Below are positions 45,506-55,627 of a stretch of 64,000 nt of DNA, in pieces. Below the pieces are notes generated by a model. The model saw nothing but the letters and a program-made list of their open reading frames with translations. It searched no databases and was not told where the DNA came from. The position numbers and the translations under genes were made by a program. Source of the stretch: Poseidonia sp. (GTDB lineage: Archaea > Thermoplasmatota > Poseidoniia > Poseidoniales > Poseidoniaceae); contig JBMYQB010000002.1 of NCBI GenBank assembly GCA_049600935.1, positions 14,302-78,301 on the forward strand, written 5' to 3'. Within the stretch, counting starts at the first letter, position 1, and each line of letters begins with the position of its first letter.

Positions 45506-47221
45506 ATGACCTCCGACCTTGAAATCGCTCGTGCTGCCAAAATGGAGCCCATTGAAGCCGTGGCGTGGAAGTTGGGCATCTCTTCTCATGAACTCATGCC
45601 CATGGGTAACGGTGTCGCCAAAGTCACCTGGAACGCCCTCAAGGAACGCTTCTCGAAGCCGCAGGGAAGCTTGGTCTTGGTGACCTCGGTGAACCCAACA
45701 CCGTTCGGCGAAGGAAAAACCGTCACCACCATCGGACTCACACAGGCGCTGAATCGAATTGGACAATCGGCTACCTGCGTCATCAGAGAACCCTCCATGG
45801 GACCCGTGTTTGGTATCAAGGGCGGGGCTGCGGGCGGCGGCCATGCCCAAGTACTGCCAATGGAGGACATCAACCTCCACCTGACGGGGGACCTGCACGC
45901 CGTCACCTCTGCACACAACCTGCTCTCTGCACTCATTGACAACCACATCAAGCACGGCAACGAGGCAAAACTCGACCCCACGCGCATCTCGTGGCCCCGA
46001 GTCATCGACATGAACGACCGCGCCCTCCGCTCCATGGTCATCGGCATGGGCGGTCCAGCGAACGGCCACGTACGAGAGGACCGATTTGACATCACAGCGG
46101 CCAGTGAAGTGATGGCCATTCTTGTCCTCGCAACCGACTACGCCGACCTTCGTCAACGTCTCGGCGAGATAGTGGTCGGAACGTCCACGGAAGGCCATCC
46201 CGTCAAGGCCAGCGACATCGGTGGAGCAGGTGCCATGGCCCTGTTGTTGCGCCAGGCCTTCCTGCCCAATGTCACCCAAACGCTCGAAGGAGATCCGGCC
46301 TTTATCCACGGCGGTCCGTTTGCCAACATCGCTCACGGGAATTCAAGCATCATCGCCGACCGAATCGCCTTGGCTTCGGCGGACATCGTTGTCACCGAGG
46401 CAGGATTTGGCTCTGACATGGGGGCTGAGAAATTTATGCACATCAAGGCTGCCACCTCTGGAAAAGCACCCGACTGCGTGGTCATGAACGTGACCGTGCG
46501 GTCCATGAAACTCCACGGTGGCGCCTTTGGCGACCGAGGCGGCATCCGCCCAGACAAAGCAACGCTTGAAGCCGAAAACGTCGAAGCCACCACCCTCGGG
46601 GCGAAAACGAATCTTGACCGCCACATCCGAAACATGGCCGCCTTTGGCGTACCCGTCGTGGTCTCCATCAACCGCTTCGCATCGGACACCGAAGCAGAAT
46701 TGGCCGCCATTTCCCAAGCCGCTCATGAGAGTGGAGCGCAATCGGTCTGCATCACGGAGGTGCACGCCAACGGTGGTGCTGGAGGAAAGGACCTCGCCGA
46801 GGCTGTAGTGAGAGCCGTGCAAAATCACGTCGCCGCTGGCCGCCCCTTCATTCCCTTGTTCACGCCGGAAACCGATGTCCTCGAGAAAGCCACCTCCGTG
46901 GCCACACGCCTCTACAAAGCCGAAGGCATTGAACTCACACCGAACGCTCAACGTGAGCTCGACCGAATCAGGTCCTGGGGCTACGGCCACCTTCCGGTGT
47001 GCATGGCCAAAACACAGTATTCCTTCTCCCACGATGCTTCACTTTTGGGTGCTCCATCGGGCTTTACCGTTCCCGTACGAGAGTTCCGCCTCAACGCAGG
47101 AGCCGGTTTCGTGGTGGCGGTTTTGGGCAACATGATGACCATGCCCGGACTGCCCAAGCGTCCAGCAGCCTTGGACATGGACATGGATGAAGACGGGAAC
47201 CTCCTCGGCGTGTTTGGGTGA
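45506..47221 (+). CDS. fhs: Formate--tetrahydrofolate ligase
   Basis: PTPFGEGKTVTTIGL, the P-loop-like FTHFS signature. Full-length similarity by eye (DIEIA-like opening TSDLEIARAA, GFVVAVLGNMMTMPGLP near the C-terminus). Start set at the ATG at 45506. Confidence 0.9.
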   Translation: MTSDLEIARAAKMEPIEAVAWKLGISSHELMPMGNGVAKVTWNALKERFSKPQGSLVLVTSVNPTPFGEGKTVTTIGLTQALNRIGQSATCVIREPSMGPVFGIKGGAAGGGHAQVLPMEDINLHLTGDLHAVTSAHNLLSALIDNHIKHGNEAKLDPTRISWPRVIDMNDRALRSMVIGMGGPANGHVREDRFDITAASEVMAILVLATDYADLRQRLGEIVVGTSTEGHPVKASDIGGAGAMALLLRQAFLPNVTQTLEGDPAFIHGGPFANIAHGNSSIIADRIALASADIVVTEAGFGSDMGAEKFMHIKAATSGKAPDCVVMNVTVRSMKLHGGAFGDRGGIRPDKATLEAENVEATTLGAKTNLDRHIRNMAAFGVPVVVSINRFASDTEAELAAISQAAHESGAQSVCITEVHANGGAGGKDLAEAVVRAVQNHVAAGRPFIPLFTPETDVLEKATSVATRLYKAEGIELTPNAQRELDRIRSWGYGHLPVCMAKTQYSFSHDASLLGAPSGFTVPVREFRLNAGAGFVVAVLGNMMTMPGLPKRPAALDMDMDEDGNLLGVFG

Positions 47222-47225
47222 AGGA

Positions 47226-48281
47226 ATGGACGTTCTCTATCGAGACCATCACGAATGGCGACTACGGGTGCAAACCGTGGACGATTTATGGGTGCTCCAG
47301 CGACTGGTTCAGCCGGGCATGTCGGTAGGGATGCTGGGTGAACGACGTGACCAGACAACCGGGGGCGAAGAAGGCGGCCGTTCAAAGCAAGCAGAGCGCA
47401 AGAAAATGTGGATTCGTCTTGCCGTTGAACACACGGAACACCAAACCTTTGCCGATGTGCTGCGAGTCCACGGCATCATCGAAGAAGCCCCGTTTGATGT
47501 CGGCCTTCACCATACGCACACGGTTGAACTGCGAGACGAACTCAAGGTGACCTCCAGCAAGGGGTTCTCCAAACTCGACAACGACCTGCTCAACGAGAGC
47601 GTGCAGGCTGCCAATCAAGGTCAAGTGGCGCTGTTGGTGGTCGAAGGCGACGAGATGATCCTCTACTTCGTCACCGCTCGTGGACTCAAAGAGAGCGCTA
47701 CGTGGACAATGCGCGGGGGAGGGAAGCGGGGCGATTTACGCCTCACTGACGGCATTGCCAACCAATTTCGCAAAACCATTGTCGACGGATTGGCGCTGCA
47801 ACTCTCGGAAACCATGCCCCTGGTTCTCTGCGGGCCCGGACGAAATCGAGACCGCATGCTGGCCGACCTCAAGTCAGCCGGACACGTCCGACCGATGATG
47901 TCCGTGGGGACCAGTATGGGTGGACGAGGGGCAGCCAACGAGGTCATGCGCGACGGGTTGGCTGGAAACATGCTGGCTGAACATCGCATGGTCCAGGAAA
48001 TCCGTCTGTTGGAGGAAGCATGGCAGCGCATTTCGACCAACGGTGCCGTGGCTTACGGGCGTACCGAAATTGAACAAGCCACGCAAGAGGGCGCTGTTGA
48101 CACCCTGCTCATCGGAGCGGATGTGTTGAGGGGAGCCGACGAAGGCGCCTCATGGACCGCCATTGCAGAGGCGGTGGAGAAATTTTCAGGTACGGTCGTC
48201 CAGTGTTCGGTCGACCACGATGCAGGTGAACAACTGATGGGCTACGGCGGCGCCGTGGCCCTGCTACGCTACGCAAGGTGA
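47226..48281 (+). CDS. Pelota (Dom34-type mRNA surveillance / ribosome rescue factor)
   Basis: eRF1-like three-domain layout: N-terminal LRVQTVDDLWVLQRLVQPG, central LVLCGPG, C-terminal AVAYGRTEIEQATQEGAVDTLLI. Start at the ATG at 47226, 5 nt after the fhs stop. Confidence 0.85.
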   Translation: MDVLYRDHHEWRLRVQTVDDLWVLQRLVQPGMSVGMLGERRDQTTGGEEGGRSKQAERKKMWIRLAVEHTEHQTFADVLRVHGIIEEAPFDVGLHHTHTVELRDELKVTSSKGFSKLDNDLLNESVQAANQGQVALLVVEGDEMILYFVTARGLKESATWTMRGGGKRGDLRLTDGIANQFRKTIVDGLALQLSETMPLVLCGPGRNRDRMLADLKSAGHVRPMMSVGTSMGGRGAANEVMRDGLAGNMLAEHRMVQEIRLLEEAWQRISTNGAVAYGRTEIEQATQEGAVDTLLIGADVLRGADEGASWTAIAEAVEKFSGTVVQCSVDHDAGEQLMGYGGAVALLRYAR

Positions 48282-48285
48282 AACC

Positions 48286-48588
48286 ATGAAATCCATCTCG
48301 TTCTCAGAACTTGGCGACGACGTTCGGGGTTCCTTGCAGGGCCATCGTTGGTTGGTGTTGAAGGCGATTGAACTTCCCCGTGCGACCGCAGCCCTCGCCT
48401 TTAGTGAGCTCGAGGACGTCTTGGTGGCGGTTGACCATCGAGGTGTTGAGGTGGTTGAGGGCTTGTGGATGCGGGCGACACACCTTTTGCTGGTTTCCGA
48501 TGTTGATGAAGCGAGGGCACTGCAAGAATCCAGTGGCATCACCAAGGTCTTCGCTACGGACCAACCGATGGACGACCTGTTGTGGTAG
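48286..48588 (+). CDS. Hypothetical protein (100 aa)
   Basis: ATG 5 nt after the pelota stop. Ends 2 nt before the tRNA-Val gene. Acidic composition like the neighbouring proteins. No motif recognised. Several alternative-frame ORFs overlap it. Confidence 0.4.
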   Translation: MKSISFSELGDDVRGSLQGHRWLVLKAIELPRATAALAFSELEDVLVAVDHRGVEVVEGLWMRATHLLLVSDVDEARALQESSGITKVFATDQPMDDLLW

Positions 48589-48589
48589 T

Positions 48590-48662
48590 GGGTCTGGAGG
48601 GACTCGAACCCTCGATCAACTCCGTGTAAGGGAGGTGTCATAGCCGCTAGACCACAGACCCA
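48590..48662 (-). tRNA. tRNA-Val (anticodon UAC), no intron, CCA not encoded
   Basis: Reverse complement folds as GGGTCTG-TG-GTCT-AGCGGCTA-TGAC-A-CCTCC-CTTACAC-GGAGT-TGATC-GAGGG-TTCGAGT-CCCTC-CAGACCC-A. There is one C-U mismatch at 27:43. Confidence 0.85.
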
Positions 48663-48682
48663 TATCGCCCTGCATCAAACCC

Positions 48683-48694
48683 TTTTTCAAAAGT
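48683..48694 (-). promoter_or_regulatory. A/T-rich box (CTTTTGAAAAAG on the minus strand) centred about 27 nt upstream of the tRNA-Val 5' end; candidate TATA box
   Basis: Position and composition fit an archaeal TATA element. It is the only A/T-rich patch in the 80-bp gap. Confidence 0.4.
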
Positions 48695-48741
48695 GCGCCC
48701 CCAACGGAACGCTCAAAACCGAGACCGACGAGCACCTTCCA

Positions 48742-49437
48742 ATGGATGCCACAATCCAGGCTGCGGCCGCTAAACTGGTTCGCCAACTCAAGGGAGGTGG
48801 TCACACGCTCACCGTCGCTGAATCCTGCACCGGCGGATTGCTCGCCAGCACGCTGACCGACATCGCTGGCGCAAGCACGTGGTTTCGAAAATCTTGGGTC
48901 ACCTACGCCAACGAAGCGAAAGTGAAGGAACTTGACGTGGACCCAGAAGAACTCGCATCCAAGGGCGCCGTTTCGGCGCAGGTAGCCATCATGATGGCCC
49001 AAGGTGCCCTTGCCAAGGCCGACGCCGACTTCGCCATCTCCGTCACCGGTATTGCCGGACCCACCAATGAAGGCAGCAAGAAACCCGTTGGAACCGTCTA
49101 CGTTGGCATCGCTTCCAAGTACGGATGGGCCAACGCCATTCAAACACAAATCGGTGGTACTCGAGCAGAAAACAAAGCCGGCTTCGTCTATTTCGCTCTC
49201 CTAACCGCCATGCAATGTTGGGAAGACGCGATGGTGAGGAAAGAAGAACTCGAACGGGAGGAGCAGGTGGCCATAGAAGAAGCCATGCGGCTCGCTGCAG
49301 AACGAGAGGCCGAGCGTGAGCGAAGGGACATGGAAGCCCGCGAAAAAGCGCCATGGCAAGATGAAGCCTGGTCGGAAGAAACCGAAGGTGAGGAAATCGG
49401 CCTCGAAGTTGAATGGTCCGAAGATCAAGAGGAGTGA
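48742..49437 (+). CDS. CinA C-terminal domain / nicotinamide-nucleotide amidohydrolase (PncC)-like protein with a charged C-terminal extension
   Basis: LTVAESCTGGLLAS, GAVSAQVAIMMAQGA, SVTGIAGP, KPVGTVYVGI. About 70 extra residues are rich in E/R (EELEREEQVAIEEAMRLAAEREAERERR...). Confidence 0.8.
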   Translation: MDATIQAAAAKLVRQLKGGGHTLTVAESCTGGLLASTLTDIAGASTWFRKSWVTYANEAKVKELDVDPEELASKGAVSAQVAIMMAQGALAKADADFAISVTGIAGPTNEGSKKPVGTVYVGIASKYGWANAIQTQIGGTRAENKAGFVYFALLTAMQCWEDAMVRKEELEREEQVAIEEAMRLAAEREAERERRDMEAREKAPWQDEAWSEETEGEEIGLEVEWSEDQEE

Positions 49438-49496
49438 GCGAAGCCTCCGTCCTCTCAAGGCACATACCTTTTGAATCGTCGTCCTTCTTTCGGATT

Positions 49497-51092
49497 ATGG
49501 GTGAGCCGTGGACCGACATCGTCGCCCATTTACGCAGCCAGCGGCTGCTCGCACCTCAATCGCTCCAAGAACGTCTGCTCAACCTTGCAGACCCGAAATC
49601 CGTCATAGAATCAGCCTCGGCCCTGAACCTCTCGGGCGGTATGCTCACCGCTTCCATGCTGGACGAGATGATCGCCCATGCGGGTGGTGATGCACCACCA
49701 CCGCCCGTGAACGACGTCGTCAAGCAACCGGCCGAGGATTTGGCCAGAACCATTGCTCCTCTTTCAGAGCCTGAACCGGTTGACCTCCTGCTGCGAAACA
49801 ACCTGCCCGACTGGAACGAGGCTGATTTCTCAATGCATGCCAGCGATACGAGTTCGGACATCACCGTCCACTACGACATCACGGGCAATTCAACCACCGA
49901 AGGAAAGATGACCGATATCACGGCATGTTTCAACGACCGTCTGCAAAGCATTCGAAAGCTCATCGTCCAGAACTCCAACCTTCCCCGGAAACATCAGGAA
50001 ATCTCGCGACTGTTGGCGGAGTACGGTCGCTACCAAGGCTACGATAACAAGGCCGTGGCCATTGGCCTGGTCAACGAACCACGCTACACCAAAAACGGCC
50101 ACCTGATGTGGGGTCTCGAGGATGAAACGGGAGAAATGACGTGTCTGCTCACCAAACGGAGCGGAGAGGACAGGGACCGCGCCCACGAGCAAATCCTCGA
50201 AGCGGGATTAATGCCAGACGACGTGATGGGCGTCTCGGGGACATTTAGCCAGACCGGCGACGTGTTCTACGTTGACGATCTGCACTTTCCCTTGGAAACC
50301 CAACACAGGAAAGTCAGTTCGGAGGCCGGTGTGAGCGTTGCGTTCCTTTCCGACATCCACGTTGGCTCGAAAACTTTCCTTGAGGCCCAGTGGCACAAGA
50401 TGGTACGTTGGTTCCACACCGACCCGCTTGCGAAGACCATCAAGTACCTCATTCTCTCCGGGGATTGCGTCGATGGTGTTGGCATCTATCCTGGCCAAGA
50501 CAAGGAGTTGGCCATTCCCGACCTCTTCGCACAATACAGTGAATTCGCACGCCTGCTTGAGTTACTTCCCGAATGGGTGGAATGCCTGATGTTGCCAGGG
50601 AACCACGATGCTGTTCGGCCGGCAGAACCTCAACCCACCTTTGAGAAAGACATCCAACAGGATTACAACACCACCACCTTTGTTGGCAATCCTTGCGATT
50701 TCTCTCTGCACGGCGTGCGTTTACTTTCCTATCACGGAAAATCGATTGACGATTTCGTTGCAGGTCTACGAACGGTGACCTACGCCGACCCCGTTGAGGC
50801 CATGCGAGAAATGCTTCGTCGTCGCCATCTTGCCCCGCAGTGGGGCGGAAAAACGCCGCTATCCCCCGAACCAGAGGACGGGTTGGTTATCCGTGAGGTC
50901 CCCGACATTTTCGTCACGGGCCACGTTCACGGCCACGAGTGCCTTGATTTCCGCGGGACAACGTTGGTCTGTTCAAGCACATGGCAGGACCAAACCTCCT
51001 ACCAGCGAATGCTTGGATTCCAGCCGAAACCCTGTATGTTGACCATCATCAACCTGAAGAGTCACAAGTCAATTTCCATTCCGTTTGCTTGA
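49497..51092 (+). CDS. DNA polymerase II (PolD) small subunit DP1
   Basis: Calcineurin-like phosphoesterase motifs FLSDIHVGSK, LSGDCVDGVG, LPGNHDA, TGHVHGH. An OB-like region lies upstream. Start set at the ATG at 49497 (MGEPWTDIVAHL). Confidence 0.85.
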   Translation: MGEPWTDIVAHLRSQRLLAPQSLQERLLNLADPKSVIESASALNLSGGMLTASMLDEMIAHAGGDAPPPPVNDVVKQPAEDLARTIAPLSEPEPVDLLLRNNLPDWNEADFSMHASDTSSDITVHYDITGNSTTEGKMTDITACFNDRLQSIRKLIVQNSNLPRKHQEISRLLAEYGRYQGYDNKAVAIGLVNEPRYTKNGHLMWGLEDETGEMTCLLTKRSGEDRDRAHEQILEAGLMPDDVMGVSGTFSQTGDVFYVDDLHFPLETQHRKVSSEAGVSVAFLSDIHVGSKTFLEAQWHKMVRWFHTDPLAKTIKYLILSGDCVDGVGIYPGQDKELAIPDLFAQYSEFARLLELLPEWVECLMLPGNHDAVRPAEPQPTFEKDIQQDYNTTTFVGNPCDFSLHGVRLLSYHGKSIDDFVAGLRTVTYADPVEAMREMLRRRHLAPQWGGKTPLSPEPEDGLVIREVPDIFVTGHVHGHECLDFRGTTLVCSSTWQDQTSYQRMLGFQPKPCMLTIINLKSHKSISIPFA

Positions 51093-51097
51093 TGCAC

Positions 51098-54000
51098 TCA
51101 GTTCCACGGGTCGTCTTCCGTGGGTTCATGTCCACGAACTCGAAGGAAGGCCAACAGCACCAGCACCAGCACGATGAGCGCCACCAGTTGGAGCGTCGTG
51201 TTGGACAGTTCCCCACCTGTTTCGGCGTTGTCGTCTTGTGAAGCGTCATCACCACCGGGTACCGGTCCGTCAACCTCTGCGCCCGCTTGGACATCAAAGG
51301 TGAGTTCGCTGGCGTTACTGTTGCCAGAGGCATCCGTGCTGATGACCTCGAGTGAATAAGTGCCGTCTGGAAGGACGTCGGTGGTGAAGGCGTGATTTTT
51401 CTTGGTGGCGAAGGCATCTTCATGAACCGTGGTGCCACTGAGGATCACCGTTTCCGTAGCACGCTCTGAGGTGTACCACGTGATGGTAACACGTCCGTCT
51501 TCCAACACTTCCGCTGCCAAATTGAGCACATCAGGTGGTGTCTGGTCAACGACGTTGCTGGTGTTGAAGAAGAGCACGACATCGTCGGTCTCATTGGCCG
51601 ATATGTACGCCGTGTAACTGGTGTTGGCCTCCAAGCCCGTGAGCGTGACGGCGTGGTCGGTTGACGCCTCGGTGTAGGTGCGACCTGCGTCCGTGCCCGT
51701 CGGTTGCTCGCCCGCCATGACGACCTCTACCGACGTGGCCTCTGCTACGGTGGTGGACCACGTCAGGACGGCCGATGAAGCGGTGACCGTGTCCACCGAC
51801 GCTCCGAAGATTTGTTGCGGCACCTCTGGCATCTCAAAGCCCGTCAGTTGTGCATAGGTATGGCCTGCCACATCATAACTGGATAACATCGCCGTTTGGC
51901 CCTCACCCTCGAGGATGATGTCGATGATGTTGGGGTCGTAATCAATCCCGTCGTCAGGGGCAGGATTTGCTCCGCCTCCAAGCGTCCACGTTGCGGGTTC
52001 TTCCATCACGTCTCGCCACTTTCCGGTGCCGAACCCGTCCTGACTGCCGATGACAATGATGTAGCGATAGTTCGGGATGTCAGAACCAATCACGTCTTTG
52101 CTCACGGTGAAGGTGATGGTTTTCGTATCAACGTCTCCACTGACATCGATACCCCGAGCGGAGGCGCTGCCCGTTTCGGCCTGAACCGCTTGAACAGCCC
52201 CCGGCTCTCCCGTACCGCTGATGGCCACCTCCCACGCCCAGTCGGGATGGACTTCAGCGTTGGCGCCCGTGAGCATCGTCGTGCGGCCATAACTCGTTTC
52301 ACCTTGGTCGACGTAAATCTGAACGATTTGGTGACTAAAGCCGTTGGCTAGCCCCCAAATGTCCGTCATTTCGTTCATGGTCAGGATGAATTGAGCGTTC
52401 CAAGCGCTCTGACGCACCGTGAGGTGCGTCGCATCCCACAGGCCTCCACCGTTGGGCGTGTTGAAGTCGGTTGCGAGCGGATAGACGTAATCGCCATCAC
52501 CCGTCTCATCGCCCACGGCGTCCTCGAGTTCCAGCAGGGTCACCCACTCCTCAAGGTCGGGAAGCACCATTTCGGCGGGTGCGGGAGGTGCCATTTCGGC
52601 ATCCACACCGTCGCCGTACGAGAGCGAATCACGCCACGACGTGACGACCTTCACGCGGGTTGAGTACCGAGGCGCAAGCCCGATGTCCGCCCACGGAATG
52701 GCAAACTCGTAAACATCGTCCACGGCGCAACCTCCGAGGTTAGAACTTCCCGAAAGCACCCACCGTTCTTGGTCGCCTACTTTTCCTTGGGCGCTGAACA
52801 GGTTCCACTTCGCTCGACCGTCTTCGCGAATTGTATCAAAGTCAAACGCCACCATGTATTTCGATGGGAAACCAAGAATCTGATTGCCGTAATACGTGCG
52901 GAAGTTGGTCTCAGCCTCGTTGAAGTTCACGGCGTTGGGTTGCATGAAGTAAATCGCCAAATCGGGCGAGCCGTACTGGCCGTCGCCCTCAGCATCAACC
53001 AGTTCATCGGCCGTGGTGGCGTCGACTCGGAAGAACACGTTTGAGGCGTCGTAGCCGAAGTAGAAGGATTCGATATCGAATTCACCGCCTGAGACGGGGG
53101 CATCGTAGCGAGCCGCACCGTCCCATTCGCCGGGTAGTGCCACACCGTCGATCATGGGTTCGACGATGCTCGTCGCTGCAGGGTCGGCAACGGCAGGGTT
53201 GGTCCAAAGGTCCTGCAGATAGGGTGGGAGGTCGAGGTTGATGGCACGGTAGATATTGGAAAGGTGGACCTTGAACAAAACATCCCAGTTCTCGTCGTAA
53301 CCGCTGTCTTGGTCGAGGCCATACCACCAGTACCAATCGCTGCCCTCTGCAATGTACAACGATTCCCACGCAGCTGGCAGTCCGGGGTCGTTGGGGTGAC
53401 TCTCCTCGAATTCGACCAGAGCTTGTCGAGCCTCAACCAAGCGTTGCCAGGCCAAACTTTCCTCTTCCTCACCCGCCCATGTTCGTAGCGTACCGTCAAT
53501 CCACGAACCCGTTCCAATGGTTTCGATTTCAGGAAGGTCGGTTCCTTTCGTCAGGAATTCGGAAGGCGTGGTGGTAACGATGGTTGGGTGGTCAGCCAAT
53601 CGACCGTACCATTCCGCCATGAAAGGGCGTGCGTTGTCGTGATGTTGGAATTCGGACATGAACATCCAATTTTCACCGTCAAGGGCCACGGTAAGGAGGT
53701 GCTCGGAAGGGTCCTCGCCCGCATCGAGCAGTTGTTGGCGGATGTTGTCCAGATAGGCGATGAAGTCCGAAACAGCTGCTTCGGGTGTCATGGTTCCGTA
53801 CTGGAAGGCGATACGGTCTGAAATGACACGGTCTCGGAAGACAACGGCCACTTCGCCGCCCTCGGCCCCTGTTACCTTCCAAGGCGTTGCCAGGTTCGCC
53901 GCATCCTCCACATCAACGAGCTGGCCGTTGGTGTCGGTGGATTGCTTCAAAATCTCTTCATCGGTCACCATCCATTGAATGCCAACATCCGTGACGGGCT

Positions 54001-55576
54001 CAACCATGGCTGGTGAAACGGCTTCTTCGCTGGGCCACATACCCGTTGGACGGAACCCAAGTTCGGCCTCGAACAAATCCATGCCCGTTACGAGATGGTT
54101 CTGGACATCCTCGGGCCACGCTTCTTTGTTGACCCGAATACCGTCTTCCATGGTCCAACCGTCCATCATCAACAGCGGCATGATGGGGTGATAGTAAGGC
54201 GTGGTCGTCAATTCGACCTGCCCGTTGGCGGCGAGTTCGCTGTACATGGGCAGCACATTGCCCATGTGTTCGTGTTGCGCATCCAAGACATAGGCCAGGT
54301 CGGCGAGCGTGTAATCGCCGTCTTGCATGAACAAGGTGATGAGACCCTCGTCTCGGTGGCTGGTATTGTAGTCCCCCTGAACGTAATCAGGAGAGAACTG
54401 GTAGAGGTACCACAAGACCTGGAGGTCAAGGAAATCCTGCGGCGCAAGCAATTCGTCGTCCATGATGGTGTCAGGCTTGAGGTTGTGCAGGGTCATGTCG
54501 TAGAGTTCCTTGTACCGTGCACTCGACGGGTAAAGCCAACCCAATTTCTCATCGCTTTGAGAGACGTTGTAAATCCAGCCGCTGTTCCAGAACGATTGGA
54601 ACTGCATGGTGTGAAGTTCCAGTGCCGTGGCATTGGGATAGCCGCCTTCACTCCACGAACGCTTGGCAATGTCGGTGTGAACATCCAACGTTTCGTTGAG
54701 GTTGTAATCAACGAGTTGTTCAATGAAGGACGGCACGAGGTTGTAGGTCACCTTGGTGTCGGTGTCAGCCAAAATACCCGGTGAGTCCACGTATTCGGTC
54801 ATGGCGTGGACGCGCACCCAGGGCATTTCGTACATGCCGGTGAGTTTGTTCTTGTAGTACGGTTGATGTTGGTGGAAGATAATGGCGAGGTTCAGCGCAT
54901 CGTCAACCTTGTCGACGCCTCCGCTTTCAACGATGGGAAGGTTTTGCGGCGAGGTGGCGTTGGAGATGTTCTCAGCATGCCAAGCGTGCGTGAACGTTTC
55001 TGCACCGTTGTTGGTCGCAGGGTTTTGGGTCGGGAAGGAGGTCCACACGTTGCCAGCATCTTGCCATTGAGCATAGACCATGATGTCAAAGGAGGTTGGT
55101 GAGCCCAGCGCCGTCCATGGCAGCGCTATTTCCGTGGCTTGGTTGTCGGCCCATCCTGCGTACAGTCCAACCTCTGTTGTCTGGTCGGTCCACGAACTAC
55201 CATCGTACGCAATGTGCTGATAATAGGTGTCGTCCTCAATGACAAAACCATGGTCGGCGGCAAAAGGAAGCGTGTGAGCAAAGCCCCAATCCCGTGCCAG
55301 TACCGACCCGTCTTCTGAGGTGTTGAGGTAAACGAAGAGATCAGCCCCCTCTGTGGTCGATTTCCAATCCGTCCCGTCCCATCCCAAGAAGAGGTGGGTG
55401 GCGTTCCACGTGAGTCGGAAGTCAACGCCGTTTGCGTCCGATTCCATCAGCGAATCGGCTGGCCACTCGGTATAATCCCCATCAATAACGATGTCATCTG
55501 GCGTCGCTCCGTGAACCAAACCGGAGAAAAGCGATGAAAAAAATATCAACACAAGGAACGCAGCCTTCGCTCGCAT
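51098..55576 (-). CDS. Membrane-anchored extracellular GH57 alpha-glucan hydrolase (amylopullulanase/alpha-amylase type), with N-terminal CBM-like domain, glucodextranase-C-like domain, FN3 domains and C-terminal TM
   Basis: All five GH57 regions are present: IFHQHQPYY, GQVELTTTPYYHPIMPLL, GMWPSEEAVS, VALDGENW, AEGSDWYWWYG. Signal peptide MRAKAAFLVLIFFSSLFSGLVHG starts at the ATG at 55576. C-terminal helix LQLVALIVLVLVLLAFL. The track ORF (to 56335) is over-extended antisense into malQ. Confidence 0.85.
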   Translation of the reverse strand: MRAKAAFLVLIFFSSLFSGLVHGATPDDIVIDGDYTEWPADSLMESDANGVDFRLTWNATHLFLGWDGTDWKSTTEGADLFVYLNTSEDGSVLARDWGFAHTLPFAADHGFVIEDDTYYQHIAYDGSSWTDQTTEVGLYAGWADNQATEIALPWTALGSPTSFDIMVYAQWQDAGNVWTSFPTQNPATNNGAETFTHAWHAENISNATSPQNLPIVESGGVDKVDDALNLAIIFHQHQPYYKNKLTGMYEMPWVRVHAMTEYVDSPGILADTDTKVTYNLVPSFIEQLVDYNLNETLDVHTDIAKRSWSEGGYPNATALELHTMQFQSFWNSGWIYNVSQSDEKLGWLYPSSARYKELYDMTLHNLKPDTIMDDELLAPQDFLDLQVLWYLYQFSPDYVQGDYNTSHRDEGLITLFMQDGDYTLADLAYVLDAQHEHMGNVLPMYSELAANGQVELTTTPYYHPIMPLLMMDGWTMEDGIRVNKEAWPEDVQNHLVTGMDLFEAELGFRPTGMWPSEEAVSPAMVEPVTDVGIQWMVTDEEILKQSTDTNGQLVDVEDAANLATPWKVTGAEGGEVAVVFRDRVISDRIAFQYGTMTPEAAVSDFIAYLDNIRQQLLDAGEDPSEHLLTVALDGENWMFMSEFQHHDNARPFMAEWYGRLADHPTIVTTTPSEFLTKGTDLPEIETIGTGSWIDGTLRTWAGEEEESLAWQRLVEARQALVEFEESHPNDPGLPAAWESLYIAEGSDWYWWYGLDQDSGYDENWDVLFKVHLSNIYRAINLDLPPYLQDLWTNPAVADPAATSIVEPMIDGVALPGEWDGAARYDAPVSGGEFDIESFYFGYDASNVFFRVDATTADELVDAEGDGQYGSPDLAIYFMQPNAVNFNEAETNFRTYYGNQILGFPSKYMVAFDFDTIREDGRAKWNLFSAQGKVGDQERWVLSGSSNLGGCAVDDVYEFAIPWADIGLAPRYSTRVKVVTSWRDSLSYGDGVDAEMAPPAPAEMVLPDLEEWVTLLELEDAVGDETGDGDYVYPLATDFNTPNGGGLWDATHLTVRQSAWNAQFILTMNEMTDIWGLANGFSHQIVQIYVDQGETSYGRTTMLTGANAEVHPDWAWEVAISGTGEPGAVQAVQAETGSASARGIDVSGDVDTKTITFTVSKDVIGSDIPNYRYIIVIGSQDGFGTGKWRDVMEEPATWTLGGGANPAPDDGIDYDPNIIDIILEGEGQTAMLSSYDVAGHTYAQLTGFEMPEVPQQIFGASVDTVTASSAVLTWSTTVAEATSVEVVMAGEQPTGTDAGRTYTEASTDHAVTLTGLEANTSYTAYISANETDDVVLFFNTSNVVDQTPPDVLNLAAEVLEDGRVTITWYTSERATETVILSGTTVHEDAFATKKNHAFTTDVLPDGTYSLEVISTDASGNSNASELTFDVQAGAEVDGPVPGGDDASQDDNAETGGELSNTTLQLVALIVLVLVLLAFLRVRGHEPTEDDPWN

Positions 55577-55592
55577 AGGTGGGGGGTTGCAT

Positions 55593-55606
55593 GATAGATT
55601 GAAAGG
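55593..55606. promoter_or_regulatory. Single A/T-rich patch (GATAGATTGAAAGG) centred in the 51-bp divergent gap between the GH57 gene and malQ; candidate shared or bidirectional TATA region
   Basis: It lies 17-30 nt from the GH57 ATG (55576) and 22-35 nt from the malQ ATG (55628). This is compatible with leaderless or short-leader transcripts in both directions. Confidence 0.3.
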
Positions 55607-55627
55607 CTTTGTCGCTTCTTTCAGACC

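Noticed and set aside
49225-49434. Apparent shared 'acidic-Trp' C-terminal signal (giant ...EEDWQEYSE, GH57 ...TEDDPWN, PncC-like ...EVEWSEDQEE, 866-aa ...AGEWIRHE)
   Set aside because: With Trp at roughly 1-1.5% and about 43 proteins, four to five proteins with a Trp in their last 9-10 residues are expected by chance in this acidic proteome. Only the multi-Trp WW-like pattern on the two adjacent adhesins is retained as a finding.
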